Positions 19,984 to 30,779 are shown, numbered from the stretch's first letter. The stretch: DNA of 64,000 nucleotides from Promethearchaeota archaeon (GCA_019057795.1 JAHLWS010000071.1:65648-129647); one strand, 5' to 3'. Numbers and translations are program-made. The notes: generated by a model from the letters alone, not told the origin.

Positions 19984-20577
19984 TTACCCTGTAATATTTA
20001 CTAATTCTACACCTCTAACGGCGTAATTTTTATCTATGAAACATAGAATCGCATGTCCTTTATGAATATAGACAATTGGCACTGGATGTGATTCAGAGTT
20101 CTCAATAAAGCTTCTTTTAACCGTAATTGGGAGCACGGTATTACATACCCTGCATGGTACCATAATTTCATTGACTAAATCGAGTGAATTAAAATCTTTA
20201 ATTATTTTGTTAATTTCTTCTTTAAATGGATTAAACACAGTTGTAGAAAAGTTCCCAACATTGATGTAGGAATTAATATCATATATATCGTTAAAAACTT
20301 TTGAGACTTGTTCTATTAAGGCTTCTAACAATTGAAATTGAATCTCTGTATTAGAACCCGTCGTATATATTAAATTTTCTAACCGTATATGGACAATTTT
20401 CATATTTCCTCTAGATAAATGAAAGAAAATATTACTTACAGGATTCTGTTTAACAACATTTAAATCTAAGATATAACTTTTTAAAGATCTTGGAGGTTTC
20501 CATTCGAAAATAGTAAATTCATCTGTACTGATGTTTATGAACTCGAGATTTTGCAATATTTTCGTATAGTCTACCAT
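19984..20577 (-). CDS. Longin-like protein with C-terminal CxxC/His domain
   Basis: Strand/helix pattern ending FNPFKEEINKII; CRVC...HPVPIVYIHKGHAILCFIDKNYAVRG. Confidence 0.6.
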   Translation of the reverse strand: MVDYTKILQNLEFINISTDEFTIFEWKPPRSLKSYILDLNVVKQNPVSNIFFHLSRGNMKIVHIRLENLIYTTGSNTEIQFQLLEALIEQVSKVFNDIYDINSYINVGNFSTTVFNPFKEEINKIIKDFNSLDLVNEIMVPCRVCNTVLPITVKRSFIENSESHPVPIVYIHKGHAILCFIDKNYAVRGVELVNITG

Positions 20578-20757
20578 TCAAATCTACAAAATTTTTTTTT
20601 ATTTTAATATTATTTATTATATTTTCGATAAAAATTAACTCGATTTGATTAAATAATTATTATTTATAATATAAACCATACACTATTATAATGATTTAAA
20701 TATATGTATATTACTATTAGACTATATTATAGAAGAAATTAATGAAATAAGTTTTTA

Positions 20758-20893
20758 TTAGATCGGATATTGTCCGGATGTTTTTAGCGTTCTCATAATA
20801 GCCTTCATATTGTCTACGGGCAATTCATGGGGAATTTCATACCCAAATGCAGGCCAATATCAGCCTCCTTCAGCAGCTATCATTAATTCTTTT
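20758..20893 (-). pseudogene. C-terminal remnant of a UroD/MtaA-family gene
   Basis: KELMIAAEGG*YWPAFGYEIPHELPVDNMKAIMRTLKTSGQYPI* aligns with the C-terminus of 6974-8125; TGA at 20860-20862 in a Gly position. Confidence 0.75.
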
Positions 20894-20945
20894 CTTTAAT
20901 TTTAATACTGAAACATAAATATCAAAAAATGGAAATTTTAAAATT

Positions 20946-21776
20946 ATGAATTTCGCAAAGATCAATGGTTTAAAATTATCTTATCGAGTTTACGGAACTG
21001 GCTTTCCTATTATCTTTATTCACGCTTATGGCGCAAAAAAAGAAATATGGAAAACTCAAGTAGTAGATTTAAGTAAAAAATTCCAAGCTATTACATTTGA
21101 CCTCCGAGGCACTGGAGAGTCTGATCGACCTAATATTCCATACACCATGAAAATGCTAGCGGAAGATGTAAAGGGTTTAATGGACTTTATTGGCGTTGAA
21201 AAAGTTCATTTAATTGGTCGCTCCTTTGGCGGAATGATTGCCCAACATTTTGCGCTACAATATCCCAAAAAAGTCGATAAATTAATCTTAATCGCTACTA
21301 ATTTCGGTCGAGTTGATACAGATTGGGTCGAGATTCCTAAAAAAGGGCGCCTTGAAGAGATTGAGATGATTAAACACAATCCTTTAAAGGCTTTTAAGCA
21401 AAAATCGCGTTGGGTTTTTCACGTAAAGTTCAGAAAAGAGATGGAAGCTAATCCAGGCAAAAGATTTTTCGACATTTTTTCTATGGAAGATTTAATCAGA
21501 GAAAGCACGATCAATCCATCAAGACCCCAAGATGTAATAAATCAAGCAGAGGCTATGAAAACACATTATACTCTAGAAAGATTACATGAAATTAAAAATG
21601 AAACGCTTCTGATAGCAGCGTCCCATGATCGACAAACTCCCGTTTCAGTTATGGCTGAAATTCATAGAAGAATCCCTAACAGCGAATTAAAAGTTGTTAA
21701 TAATGCAGGTCATTTTATGACGCTTTCAAGAGCCTCGGAAGTTAACGATATAATTCTAAACTTTTTAAAAAATTAA
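20946..21776 (+). CDS. Alpha/beta hydrolase
   Basis: FDLRGTGES, GRSFGG nucleophile elbow, AGH. Confidence 0.9.
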   Translation: MNFAKINGLKLSYRVYGTGFPIIFIHAYGAKKEIWKTQVVDLSKKFQAITFDLRGTGESDRPNIPYTMKMLAEDVKGLMDFIGVEKVHLIGRSFGGMIAQHFALQYPKKVDKLILIATNFGRVDTDWVEIPKKGRLEEIEMIKHNPLKAFKQKSRWVFHVKFRKEMEANPGKRFFDIFSMEDLIRESTINPSRPQDVINQAEAMKTHYTLERLHEIKNETLLIAASHDRQTPVSVMAEIHRRIPNSELKVVNNAGHFMTLSRASEVNDIILNFLKN

Positions 21777-21903
21777 TATATTTTAGTTATTCTAATTATG
21801 TTTAAGATATTTTTTCTATGTTAAACAAATAGATTTTTATATCTTTAGATTGAAACTGTTTATTATACAATACAATTCTATTAAAATTAATTTTGTGTTT
21901 AAA

Positions 21904-23598
21904 ATGAAGGATTATTCAGATTGGGAACCGATTTACGATTATGAAAATGAATCTCCATATCTCGAGAATCACGATCGCCCATGGCTACAGTTTAGGGAAC
22001 CAAACATCCCAAAATCGATCAAATTTGAACCTATTCCGGTTCACGAATTTATTAAATTAGCAGCTAAAGAATTTCCAAATAATGTGTGTGTTTATCACAA
22101 AGCAACTGATAAAAAATACACATATCGCGAATTAATCTATATTTCTGACAGATTAGCGAACGCTTTGGTACAATTAGGTGTCAAGAAGGGAGATCAAGTT
22201 GGGATTATGACAGGAAATTGTCCTGAATTTTTATTTTGCGTTCTGGGTATAATGGAAACGGGAGCTATAGTAGTTCCAATCAATCCATTACTTAAAGAAA
22301 GCGACGTAGCTCACATAGTTAAAGAATCTGGAAATATGAATACGGTATTTGTACATAAAGCGAACTTTAGAACGATAAAAAAAGTTCATAAAAAAATAAA
22401 ATTAGAAAATATAATATTACTACAAGCTGAAGCAGCTAAAGAAGGTACTATAACTTTTGAGGAATTTATAGAGGATGTAGCCCCAGTCCAACCAGATATA
22501 GAAATTGATCCTTCAAACGATCTAGCAGCTTTATTGTTTACTGGGGGTACTACTGGATTACCAAAAGGGGTAATGTTAACTCATACTAATTTTGTTTCTT
22601 GCGCGCTTTCAACTCTATTAATGGCAGGAGAAACTGAAGAAAATGAAAGCACTTTCGGTAAAACTGTTAATTTATCAGTTATTCCTTTATGTCATTCTTT
22701 TGGTTTTTTAGTTTTGATAGCTGCGTCTTTTGGGGCGGCCATGCTCGTAATGTTTCCATCATTCAACGCCTCTGTAATTCTAGAAGCAATTGAATATTAT
22801 CGAGTTACTAATTATATTGGAGTTCCTGTTATGTATCAAATGTTAATTAACTCCCCTGATTTTACAGAGCGAGACCTTTCCAGCCTCGAAGAAGCAAATT
22901 CTGGTTCGGCGGCATTGGCCCCTGAGTTGGCTAAAAAATGGGAAAAAATTGTTGGTACTAAAGTAGGTCAAGGTTTTGGCTTAACTGAAACATCACCAAT
23001 TACACATTTGGCAGCTAAATGGATGCCTGAAATTCGATCAGAGAGTATAGGCGTACCCATTATTGATACAGATGCTAAAATTGTTAATCCCGAAACCTTG
23101 GAAGAACTTAAACCGAACGAGATTGGAGAATTATTAATAAAAGGACCTCAAATAATGAAGGGATACTGGAAAAGCCCCGAGGAAACAAATAAAACGATAA
23201 TCAATGGTTGGTTAAGGACAGGAGACCTCGCAAGAATGGATGAACAAGGATATTTCTATATCGAAGGCCGTACTAAAGATATCATTAAATATAAAGGATA
23301 CAAGGTCATGCCTCGAGAAGTCGAAGAAAAATTGTACGAACACCCTGCTATTTTAGAAGCTGGCGTAGTATCTGCTCCAGACCCAAACATCGGCGAAACT
23401 ATTAAAGCATATGTGGTGTTAAAACCAGAATACAAAGACGGAAAAGTTACTGAACGCGACATATTTGAATGGGCCAAAGAACGGTTAGCAGGTTACAAGT
23501 ATCCTCGTAAAATTGAGTTTATAAATGTTTTACCAAGAACTACTGTAGGCAAAATATTTAGAAGAAAATTGAGAGAAAGAGCGTTCAAAGAAAGCTAA
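21904..23598 (+). CDS. Long-chain-fatty-acid--CoA ligase
   Basis: FTGGTTGLPKG, GFGLTE, WLRTGD, GRTKD, GKI; ATG at 21904 preferred. Confidence 0.92.
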   Translation: MKDYSDWEPIYDYENESPYLENHDRPWLQFREPNIPKSIKFEPIPVHEFIKLAAKEFPNNVCVYHKATDKKYTYRELIYISDRLANALVQLGVKKGDQVGIMTGNCPEFLFCVLGIMETGAIVVPINPLLKESDVAHIVKESGNMNTVFVHKANFRTIKKVHKKIKLENIILLQAEAAKEGTITFEEFIEDVAPVQPDIEIDPSNDLAALLFTGGTTGLPKGVMLTHTNFVSCALSTLLMAGETEENESTFGKTVNLSVIPLCHSFGFLVLIAASFGAAMLVMFPSFNASVILEAIEYYRVTNYIGVPVMYQMLINSPDFTERDLSSLEEANSGSAALAPELAKKWEKIVGTKVGQGFGLTETSPITHLAAKWMPEIRSESIGVPIIDTDAKIVNPETLEELKPNEIGELLIKGPQIMKGYWKSPEETNKTIINGWLRTGDLARMDEQGYFYIEGRTKDIIKYKGYKVMPREVEEKLYEHPAILEAGVVSAPDPNIGETIKAYVVLKPEYKDGKVTERDIFEWAKERLAGYKYPRKIEFINVLPRTTVGKIFRRKLRERAFKES

Positions 23599-23722
23599 GA
23601 GAAAAAAATATTTTAAATTATTTATCACACTTTTTTTACTTAAATTCATCAATAATTTATGTTTTAAATATAACATCAGTATAATTTAATTTAATAAGTT
23701 ATGCGATATTTAGGGGAAAAAT

Positions 23723-25141
23723 ATGAATAAAGATGATATTTGTTTTATGTCCGCTTGCGATATGGTTGATGCGATAAGAAACCAAGAATTAACATCTGAA
23801 GAAATAACCGAAACGATTATTGAAAGAATTGAGAAAGTAAATCCAATTATTAACGCATATTGTACTCCTACTTTCGATTTAGCAATAAAGTTAGCTAAAA
23901 AAGCCGATGATGCGGTCAAAAAAGGTGCCAAATTAGGTAAATTGAATGGTGTTCCAACATCAATTAAAGATCTTGCAATGACTAAGGGAATTAGAACTAC
24001 TTTTGGTTCGAAAATATACGAACATTTTATCCCAGATGAAGATGTTATTTATGTAAAAAGACTTAGAGAAGCAGGATGTGTTATTTTAGGAAAAACCAAC
24101 ACTCCAGAATTTGGATTTAAAGGAGCTACGGATAATTTAATTTTCGGTATCACACGCAATCCATGGCATTTAGAAAAGACTTCTGGAGGATCGAGTGGTG
24201 GAGCTGCTGCCTCAGTTGCTTCTGGAATGGGACCATTAGCGCAAGGGTCAGATGGGGGTGGTTCTATTAGGCATCCTGCTGGTTTTTGTGGTGTATATGG
24301 CATTAAACCAAGTTTTGGCAGGGTAGCCATATATCCTAGACAAACCCTTTTGGCTCAAACTTTATCTGTTGCTGGACCAATTGTAAGATATGTAAAAGAT
24401 GCTGCGCTAATGTTAGACGTTATGAAAGGCTTTTACGAAGGAGACAGATTTTCAATACCATCAGATAATATCGATTATTTAGAGTTAGTGAATGAAAAAC
24501 CTGAAAAATTAAAAATTGGCTACACAATAGACTTAGGTTTCGCGAAAGTTATAGATCCTGAAGTAGAAAAGTCAATATTAAATTCGATAACTAAATTTGA
24601 CGAATTTGGTTGGAGTATTGAAAAAGTCAAAATGAAGTTAAGAAAACCTGAATTGCCATTTTATACTTTTTGGATTGCAATGATAGCTTACGACCTTAAG
24701 CAAAAGTTGAAAGAATGGGAAGACAAAATGGATCCCGATCTAGTAAAAATGGTCAAAGCAGGATTAGGATATGATGGAATGTCGCTACCAAAAGCGTTCG
24801 CTGCTCGTAACAAATTACATGAGACTATTTTCAAAATATTTAAAGAATTCGATATTTTAATAACTCCTACGACGGCAGTTCCAGCTTTTGATTTAGGTAT
24901 AATGTTTCCCCCAAAAATTAACAACATTAATGTTTCACCTACGGGTTGGCAACCATTTTCGTTTCCTTTCAATTTAACTGGTAACCCCGCAGCATCAATT
25001 CCATGTGGATGGTCTAGCGAGGGCTTACCTATAGGGATGCAGATAGTCGGAAGTATGTTTGACGAATTAAAAGTTTTACAAGTATCAAAAGCTTTTGAAG
25101 AAATCGCACCTTGGCAAGATAAAAGGCCTAACTTTGATTAA
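23723..25141 (+). CDS. Amidase signature family protein
   Basis: IKD, GKTNTPEF, GGSSGG, GSDGGGSIR. Confidence 0.93.
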   Translation: MNKDDICFMSACDMVDAIRNQELTSEEITETIIERIEKVNPIINAYCTPTFDLAIKLAKKADDAVKKGAKLGKLNGVPTSIKDLAMTKGIRTTFGSKIYEHFIPDEDVIYVKRLREAGCVILGKTNTPEFGFKGATDNLIFGITRNPWHLEKTSGGSSGGAAASVASGMGPLAQGSDGGGSIRHPAGFCGVYGIKPSFGRVAIYPRQTLLAQTLSVAGPIVRYVKDAALMLDVMKGFYEGDRFSIPSDNIDYLELVNEKPEKLKIGYTIDLGFAKVIDPEVEKSILNSITKFDEFGWSIEKVKMKLRKPELPFYTFWIAMIAYDLKQKLKEWEDKMDPDLVKMVKAGLGYDGMSLPKAFAARNKLHETIFKIFKEFDILITPTTAVPAFDLGIMFPPKINNINVSPTGWQPFSFPFNLTGNPAASIPCGWSSEGLPIGMQIVGSMFDELKVLQVSKAFEEIAPWQDKRPNFD

Positions 25142-25239
25142 TTTAATTTATTTTTCTTTTTAATTTTCATTTTAAACAAAATTTTTTACATCTAAATAAT
25201 TTGCTAATCATGACTTAACTCAACAAAAACGATAATAAT

Positions 25240-26082
25240 ATGAATAAGAAACTTTTAAAAAGGGATATATCCACTTTCCAAGAAACTCAAGTAACAGAAG
25301 AATACCGCAATTTGAACTTTTCTATTGTTCTAATTCAACCAGAACACGCTGCAAATATCGGATCAATAGCCAGAGTAATGAAAAATTTTAATTTTAAAAG
25401 ATTAGTAATTTTTAATCCGATCGAAAAAGTAGAAGTAATAAAAAGCTATAAAGCTCAAGGGTACGCCATGCACGGTAAAGATGTCTTGTTTAACTCTGAA
25501 ATTTTAACTATCAAAGACAAAAAAGATTATTTATATAATTATAAAGAATTAATGGAGCGGTTTGATTTAGTAATCGCTACTACGGCAAAAGGAAAACATT
25601 TTAGGAACATTAGGAGGCTAGCTACCTTCCCAGACGATTTAACACTACCGATCTCCGAGAATCCGTTACAAATTGCTTTAGTTTTTGGAAAGGAATCGCA
25701 TGGACTAACGAACGAAGAGATTGAAGTTGCCGACATCTTGTTGAGGGTCCCTACTAGCAATTCTTATCCTACATTAAACCTTTCTCATGCGTGTGGCATT
25801 ATTTTATACGAGATTTTCAAAAAAATTAATGTTATTAATATCGGTCGAGGAGAAAAACCCGTTTTGTTGGCGAATAAGAACGAGAAGCAGGTACTTTATG
25901 ATATTTTCAATAAATTAATTACGAAACTGAAAATTCGCACACATAAAAAAGAGAACGTTTTCTTCGCATTTAAAAATGTATTTGAAAGAGCATTTGTATC
26001 TAGGAAAGAAATAAGCCTTATTTTAAGCGTATTCTCAAAATTAGACTCGTTAATAAAAAAGAGAAAAATATATAAAAATTAA
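25240..26082 (+). CDS. trmJ: tRNA/rRNA methyltransferase, TrmJ/LasT (SPOUT)
   Basis: NIGSIARVMKNF, VFGKESHGLTNEE, LNLSHA. Confidence 0.85.
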   Translation: MNKKLLKRDISTFQETQVTEEYRNLNFSIVLIQPEHAANIGSIARVMKNFNFKRLVIFNPIEKVEVIKSYKAQGYAMHGKDVLFNSEILTIKDKKDYLYNYKELMERFDLVIATTAKGKHFRNIRRLATFPDDLTLPISENPLQIALVFGKESHGLTNEEIEVADILLRVPTSNSYPTLNLSHACGIILYEIFKKINVINIGRGEKPVLLANKNEKQVLYDIFNKLITKLKIRTHKKENVFFAFKNVFERAFVSRKEISLILSVFSKLDSLIKKRKIYKN

Positions 26083-26087
26083 AATTT

Positions 26088-26306
26088 CTATAACGCCTTA
26101 TAGTGTCTCGGCCTTCTGTTATAAGTTACAACTATTTTTTCGGGCATATCATTCAGAATTCGTTTAATAACTTTTGCGAGAGCATTATGAGTTTCATATC
26201 CCATAGCACTTGCCCATTCACTGGCTGTAGAAACTCCTAACTCCTTCAATTTATCCAAACACATTTGCTCATAAGTCCTGGGGATTACAGTTTTTAATTT
26301 TAACGT
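26088..26306 (-). CDS. Unannotated small winged-helix-like protein (~72 aa)
   Basis: (T)LKLKTVIPRTYEQMCLDKLKELGVSTASEWASAMGYETHNALAKVIKRILNDMPEKIVVTYNRRPRHYKAL*; GAGGT SD precedes ACG/TTA; first ATG at 26264. Confidence 0.7.
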   Translation of the reverse strand, partial: TLKLKTVIPRTYEQMCLDKLKELGVSTASEWASAMGYETHNALAKVIKRILNDMPEKIVVTYNRRPRHYKAL

Positions 26307-26462
26307 TTTTTTTACCTCACTTTTTAGTTATCTTATTTTTTTACTTATAAAAAATTGCGAAAATCTTTATCCTAACGCAATCAGCTTTTTTCTAAACTAA
26401 ATTTTCTTATCGAATAAAAATTAGAAGAAAGGCTATATAAAGAATGATGTAGTTCATTTGGA

Positions 26463-26486
26463 AACGAATACATGTTTTATGTAATA
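26463..26486 (-). promoter_or_regulatory. 24-bp motif, copy 1 (inverted relative to 28989-29012)
   Basis: 22/24 identity; followed on the minus strand by TATATAGCCT (26430-26439). Confidence 0.65.
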
Positions 26487-26718
26487 GGATTTAAATTGGC
26501 CAATTATGTTCTTTAAAAACTGATGTCGTTGAAATATTGCTATAAATACATTCTTTTTGACAAATTAGTAATATAAATTAAAGCAGATGATTTTGAGATT
26601 ACCAATGATTTTAACTAGCATAGGAAATATTAAACTATCTAAAGAACTATAAGTTTTTATATTTTGATCAGAATAGTTTTACAAATTATACTTCAAAATA
26701 GGGTAAAAATTAAAATAT

Positions 26719-28866
26719 ATGTCTCAGAAGAAAAATCCAGCTGAAGAATTCGTATTTGAATTTTATGACGACGATTACGCTGAATCTTTAGAAAAAACGG
26801 AACCCGATATTATTGAGAAATATAAATATATCGATTTTAAGGGTGATTTAAACGAAGAACAGCTCGATATAGTTAATAACATTAAAGGACCGATGTTGAT
26901 AATAGCGGGAGCGGGTTCAGGGAAGACGAGAACTATTGTTTATTCGGTCGCTAAATTATTAGTGTCTGGAGTGAAACCTAGCGAGATAATGCTTGTCACC
27001 TTTACAAATAAAGCCGCTAAGGAAATGATTAAACGGGTAGAAATCCTATTAGGTAAGCGCCCAAAAGGTATATGGGCGGGGACATTTCATTCCATGGGAA
27101 ATCGATTTTTAAGAAAGTATGCTAAAACGCTAGGTCTTAAGCCAAACTTTACGATTTTGGACCAAACGGATTCGAAAGGCTTGATGAAACTAGCGATTAA
27201 TCAAGCAAATATAAAAGAGCTTGAAGAAAGGTTTCCGAGTTCCGCAGTTGCTAAAAATATTTTATCTTTTTCTATTAATTGTAACAAATCTATTCACGAA
27301 GTTATACTTTGGAAGTATCCCCAATTTGACAAAGTTAAAATAATTACGAAGTTAAAAGAGGTGCTCAACATCTACAAAACCAAAAAAGCACGCGATAACT
27401 TAGTAGATTTTGACGACCTATTAGTTTTTTGGAATAGGTTATTAGACGAAAGGATGGTTGCTAAATCAATTGCTCAACGCATTAAATATGTGTTAGTAGA
27501 CGAATATCAAGATACTAACTACATTCAAGACGAAATCATTAGCAAAATTGTAAAAGAAAATCCTAACCTAAATGTTATGGCCGTAGGAGATGACGCCCAG
27601 AGTATTTACGCGTTTCGAGGGGCTAATTTTGAAAACATATTAAATTTTGAAAAGAAATACAAGGATTGCAAAAGATACGTTATAACTTATAACTACAGGA
27701 GCGTCCCTCAAATTCTCGACTTGGCGAATAATTCAATAAAACATAACAAAAAACAGCACAAGAAAAACATGAAACCCGCTCGCCCTGAGGGTGAGATCCC
27801 ATTTCAAGTAAATGTAGGAGACGAAAGGGACCAAGCTCGTTTTATTACTAGTCAAATCTTAAAATTACGTACTGATGATTACAAATTTTCTGAAATGGCG
27901 GTTCTCTGCCGGGCTAGTTTCCATTTGTTGCAAATCGAATTAGAATTACAAGCTAAAAACATCCCATACGAAGTACGAGCGGGAGTTGCATTTTTTGAAA
28001 AAGCCCACATTAAAGATTTATTGTCTCATTTGCGGATAATAGAAAACCCTTACGATGAGATAGCGTGGTCGCGCGTTTTTTCTATAATTCCTGGGATTGG
28101 GGGCGCTTCAGCAGAAAAAATGTTTCATGCAATATCAAGCACCAGTAACCCTATCGAAACATTATTGAATAAATCTTTTTTCACTACAAAAATGAAAGGT
28201 GCTCGAATTCCAGAAAAAGGAAGGAAAAGAGTAATCTTGCATGCAAAAAACTTAATTGATTTTACTTCTCAAGACGCTCCTGAAGAAATCATAAAAAGAT
28301 TAGTGAAATTCTTAGAGGATCATATTAGATCTAAATACGAAAATTGGCAAGAAAGATTAGATGATTTGACTCAGCTTGGAGTTTACTCTCAAAAATATCC
28401 GACAATTCAAAGATTTTTAGAAACTCTTAGTTTAAACTCGTCTTCTCTTGAATCGAAATCCGTCCGGATGGGCATTCAATCAGAAGACGAGAATCCGTTA
28501 GTGCTTTCTACGATCCACCGGGCTAAAGGTCTTGAATGGCGAGTAGTGTTTATTCCTATGTTGTGCGAAGATTTCTTTCCTTCAAGTCGAGTTGTAGGAG
28601 ATGCCGATGCATACGAGGAAGAACGGAGGGTTTTTTACGTTGCCACAACAAGAGCGAAAGACCAATTGTATTTGGTATCACCCTCTATGGTTAGAACATA
28701 TAGAGGTTATCAAACGGGCAGATTATCACAGTTTATAACTGAACTTAAACCAAATGTGTATCAGAAATCCTCGGTTCAATTTAAACCTACAAATGAAAAA
28801 AACAAAAGAAAAAATAAGGACATAAAATCAAATTTTATAAGTGCTTTCGACATTTATGAGAAATAA
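26719..28866 (+). CDS. uvrD: UvrD/PcrA/Rep SF1 DNA helicase
   Basis: AGAGSGKT, TFTNKAA, VDEYQD, VGDDAQSIYAFRGA, NYRS, STIHRAKGLEW, EERRVFYVATTRAK. Confidence 0.93.
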   Translation: MSQKKNPAEEFVFEFYDDDYAESLEKTEPDIIEKYKYIDFKGDLNEEQLDIVNNIKGPMLIIAGAGSGKTRTIVYSVAKLLVSGVKPSEIMLVTFTNKAAKEMIKRVEILLGKRPKGIWAGTFHSMGNRFLRKYAKTLGLKPNFTILDQTDSKGLMKLAINQANIKELEERFPSSAVAKNILSFSINCNKSIHEVILWKYPQFDKVKIITKLKEVLNIYKTKKARDNLVDFDDLLVFWNRLLDERMVAKSIAQRIKYVLVDEYQDTNYIQDEIISKIVKENPNLNVMAVGDDAQSIYAFRGANFENILNFEKKYKDCKRYVITYNYRSVPQILDLANNSIKHNKKQHKKNMKPARPEGEIPFQVNVGDERDQARFITSQILKLRTDDYKFSEMAVLCRASFHLLQIELELQAKNIPYEVRAGVAFFEKAHIKDLLSHLRIIENPYDEIAWSRVFSIIPGIGGASAEKMFHAISSTSNPIETLLNKSFFTTKMKGARIPEKGRKRVILHAKNLIDFTSQDAPEEIIKRLVKFLEDHIRSKYENWQERLDDLTQLGVYSQKYPTIQRFLETLSLNSSSLESKSVRMGIQSEDENPLVLSTIHRAKGLEWRVVFIPMLCEDFFPSSRVVGDADAYEEERRVFYVATTRAKDQLYLVSPSMVRTYRGYQTGRLSQFITELKPNVYQKSSVQFKPTNEKNKRKNKDIKSNFISAFDIYEK

Positions 28867-28988
28867 AACCGTTCTTAAAAATCTTAAAAACCTCAAAGCC
28901 TTTAGCTGTAAACTCCAGTCAGATTTCGAATGATATTCAATTTGGCATTAATCATAAAAAAGAGTTTTATTTAGCTCAAATAAAACCT

Positions 28989-29012
28989 TATTACAACAAA
29001 CATGTATTCGTT
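28989..29012 (+). promoter_or_regulatory. 24-bp motif, copy 2
   Basis: TATTACAACAAACATGTATTCGTT; followed by TATATAGCCT at 29072-29081. Confidence 0.65.
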
Positions 29013-29103
29013 GTATGTTTTACTGTAATCGTATCGATAAAATCCGTGAGTGTATTTAAAATAAAAAGATATATATAGCCTATTATGGTATTTTTAATTA
29101 ACC

Positions 29104-29568
29104 ATGTCTCAATCGTATAAAGATTTTTTAAAAAAATATAATATTGACGATTTTAAAACGAAATTACAGCTTACTGGACGCACAAAAATAGATTTCTATA
29201 ACGATATTAATAAATTACTAATGACCATGTGTAATATTTTCGATAAACTTTCAAATATTGCGCCTATGAGGGGCGCACAGGTATTAATGGGCTTAGCAAA
29301 ATTGCACGAAACAAACACCGTTATAAACAAAACGGATGTTAAAAATTGCCTAAATATCGATAGATTAGAGAAATTAAAATATGCTTTTGATTATTTGGAA
29401 AATGCCGGATACATCACGATTGAGAAAAAAACAGAAAAATTTCACATTGTAAAATTAAACGAAGAAGACAATCCAGATCTAACAGTATTTCGAGAAATTA
29501 TTCAGAAATATTGGAAATCACCTTTAGAAGAAAAGGAGAAAATAAAAAAATGGAGCGAGGAAATATGA
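29104..29568 (+). CDS. Winged-helix-like protein
   Basis: INKTDVKNCLNIDRLEKLKYAFDYLENAGYITIEK wHTH pattern. Confidence 0.6.
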   Translation: MSQSYKDFLKKYNIDDFKTKLQLTGRTKIDFYNDINKLLMTMCNIFDKLSNIAPMRGAQVLMGLAKLHETNTVINKTDVKNCLNIDRLEKLKYAFDYLENAGYITIEKKTEKFHIVKLNEEDNPDLTVFREIIQKYWKSPLEEKEKIKKWSEEI

Positions 29569-30569
29569 GAAATTCCCTTAAAAGAATAGAGTTAAATTTT
29601 GAAAATGAACAGGGCATGTTTGATTCCGTAAAAATAATCAGATCGGAGTATCTTAAAAAAGCCTTAAAATCTATTGCGTATATAATCATAATTTTAACCG
29701 TAGCGCTAAGTTATTTAATATTTGGTTATTTACCTTATTTAAACAACAATTCATTCACTTATTTAATCTCGGGAACTTATCCCTCGGGAAGCGATGTATT
29801 CCCGTTAGATTTGACTTTAAGCTGGTTATTATTTAGCACCTCTATTTTTTTGATAATATATTTAATAAGAGCAATAAACCTTAAATTTACGCCCTCTTTG
29901 ATTAGATATATCGAACGGGAGACTAAACACATAGGGTTTGAATTTAAGAAAAGATTTGAAAGTATGGGGCTTTTTACTATTTTAAATGTCGTTTCTATTA
30001 TTATTCTTTTTTATTTAGACATCAAAGCTTTTCACTTTTTGTTAAACAATACATATTTGAGTATTATCTTTAGGAATACGTTTGTTATATATCTATTTAT
30101 GAGCATAACATTACCGATCATTTGGATATTTAAAAACGATAAATTTATCATTAAAGTAAAGGAAAATATCTTTATACAATGCGAGCTACGCTATAGTCTT
30201 AGTAAAAAGGAAGATTACAATCCTAATTTAGTAGGAATTATTTTAACCTCAAATCGCTTATGTTCTAAATTTGATAAATCTGGAAAACACATATACTCTA
30301 AAATATCAGAAGGTAGATGGTTAAAAAAAAGCGACACCTCTGCAATTTCGCCATACCTACATTTTCAAGAATTTTCGGTTCCTTATAACTTTCAGAAGCA
30401 GTTTTTAAATATTACTTTAGCTCTTAACGAGTGGGAAAACAACTATGACAGTAATTTAGATTTAATGAACTATTATTTTTCAAGATCATATCCCTATTAT
30501 AATAAAAATATGATAAAGAAATATCCCCGCGATCACCAACTGATCTATCTGAAGTTTATTGGGTTTTAG
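29565..30569 (+). CDS. Multi-TM membrane protein
   Basis: 4 hydrophobic segments; ATGA overlap with upstream gene at 29565-29568. Confidence 0.7.
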   Translation: MRNSLKRIELNFENEQGMFDSVKIIRSEYLKKALKSIAYIIIILTVALSYLIFGYLPYLNNNSFTYLISGTYPSGSDVFPLDLTLSWLLFSTSIFLIIYLIRAINLKFTPSLIRYIERETKHIGFEFKKRFESMGLFTILNVVSIIILFYLDIKAFHFLLNNTYLSIIFRNTFVIYLFMSITLPIIWIFKNDKFIIKVKENIFIQCELRYSLSKKEDYNPNLVGIILTSNRLCSKFDKSGKHIYSKISEGRWLKKSDTSAISPYLHFQEFSVPYNFQKQFLNITLALNEWENNYDSNLDLMNYYFSRSYPYYNKNMIKKYPRDHQLIYLKFIGF

Positions 30570-30779
30570 ATATTCCAATTTCTTCCTATTTTTACTCGTT
30601 CAACCAATAAAATTGTTATTTATTAAAAGCTCTATTATTGGCAAAGTCGCGACAAAAATATAATTCATAAAAAAAACCATTTTTCTTAAACTACCTAAAA
30701 TTCTACTAATCCGCTTTTAAAGATTTTAAAAATTGATATAAAATTAAAAAATTAGATAAGAACTATAAAAATAAAAGGA

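Noticed and set aside
20860-20862. In-frame TGA as possible selenocysteine
   Set aside because: Aligns to a Gly of the EGGG motif, the fragment lacks the rest of the gene, and no SECIS was seen.
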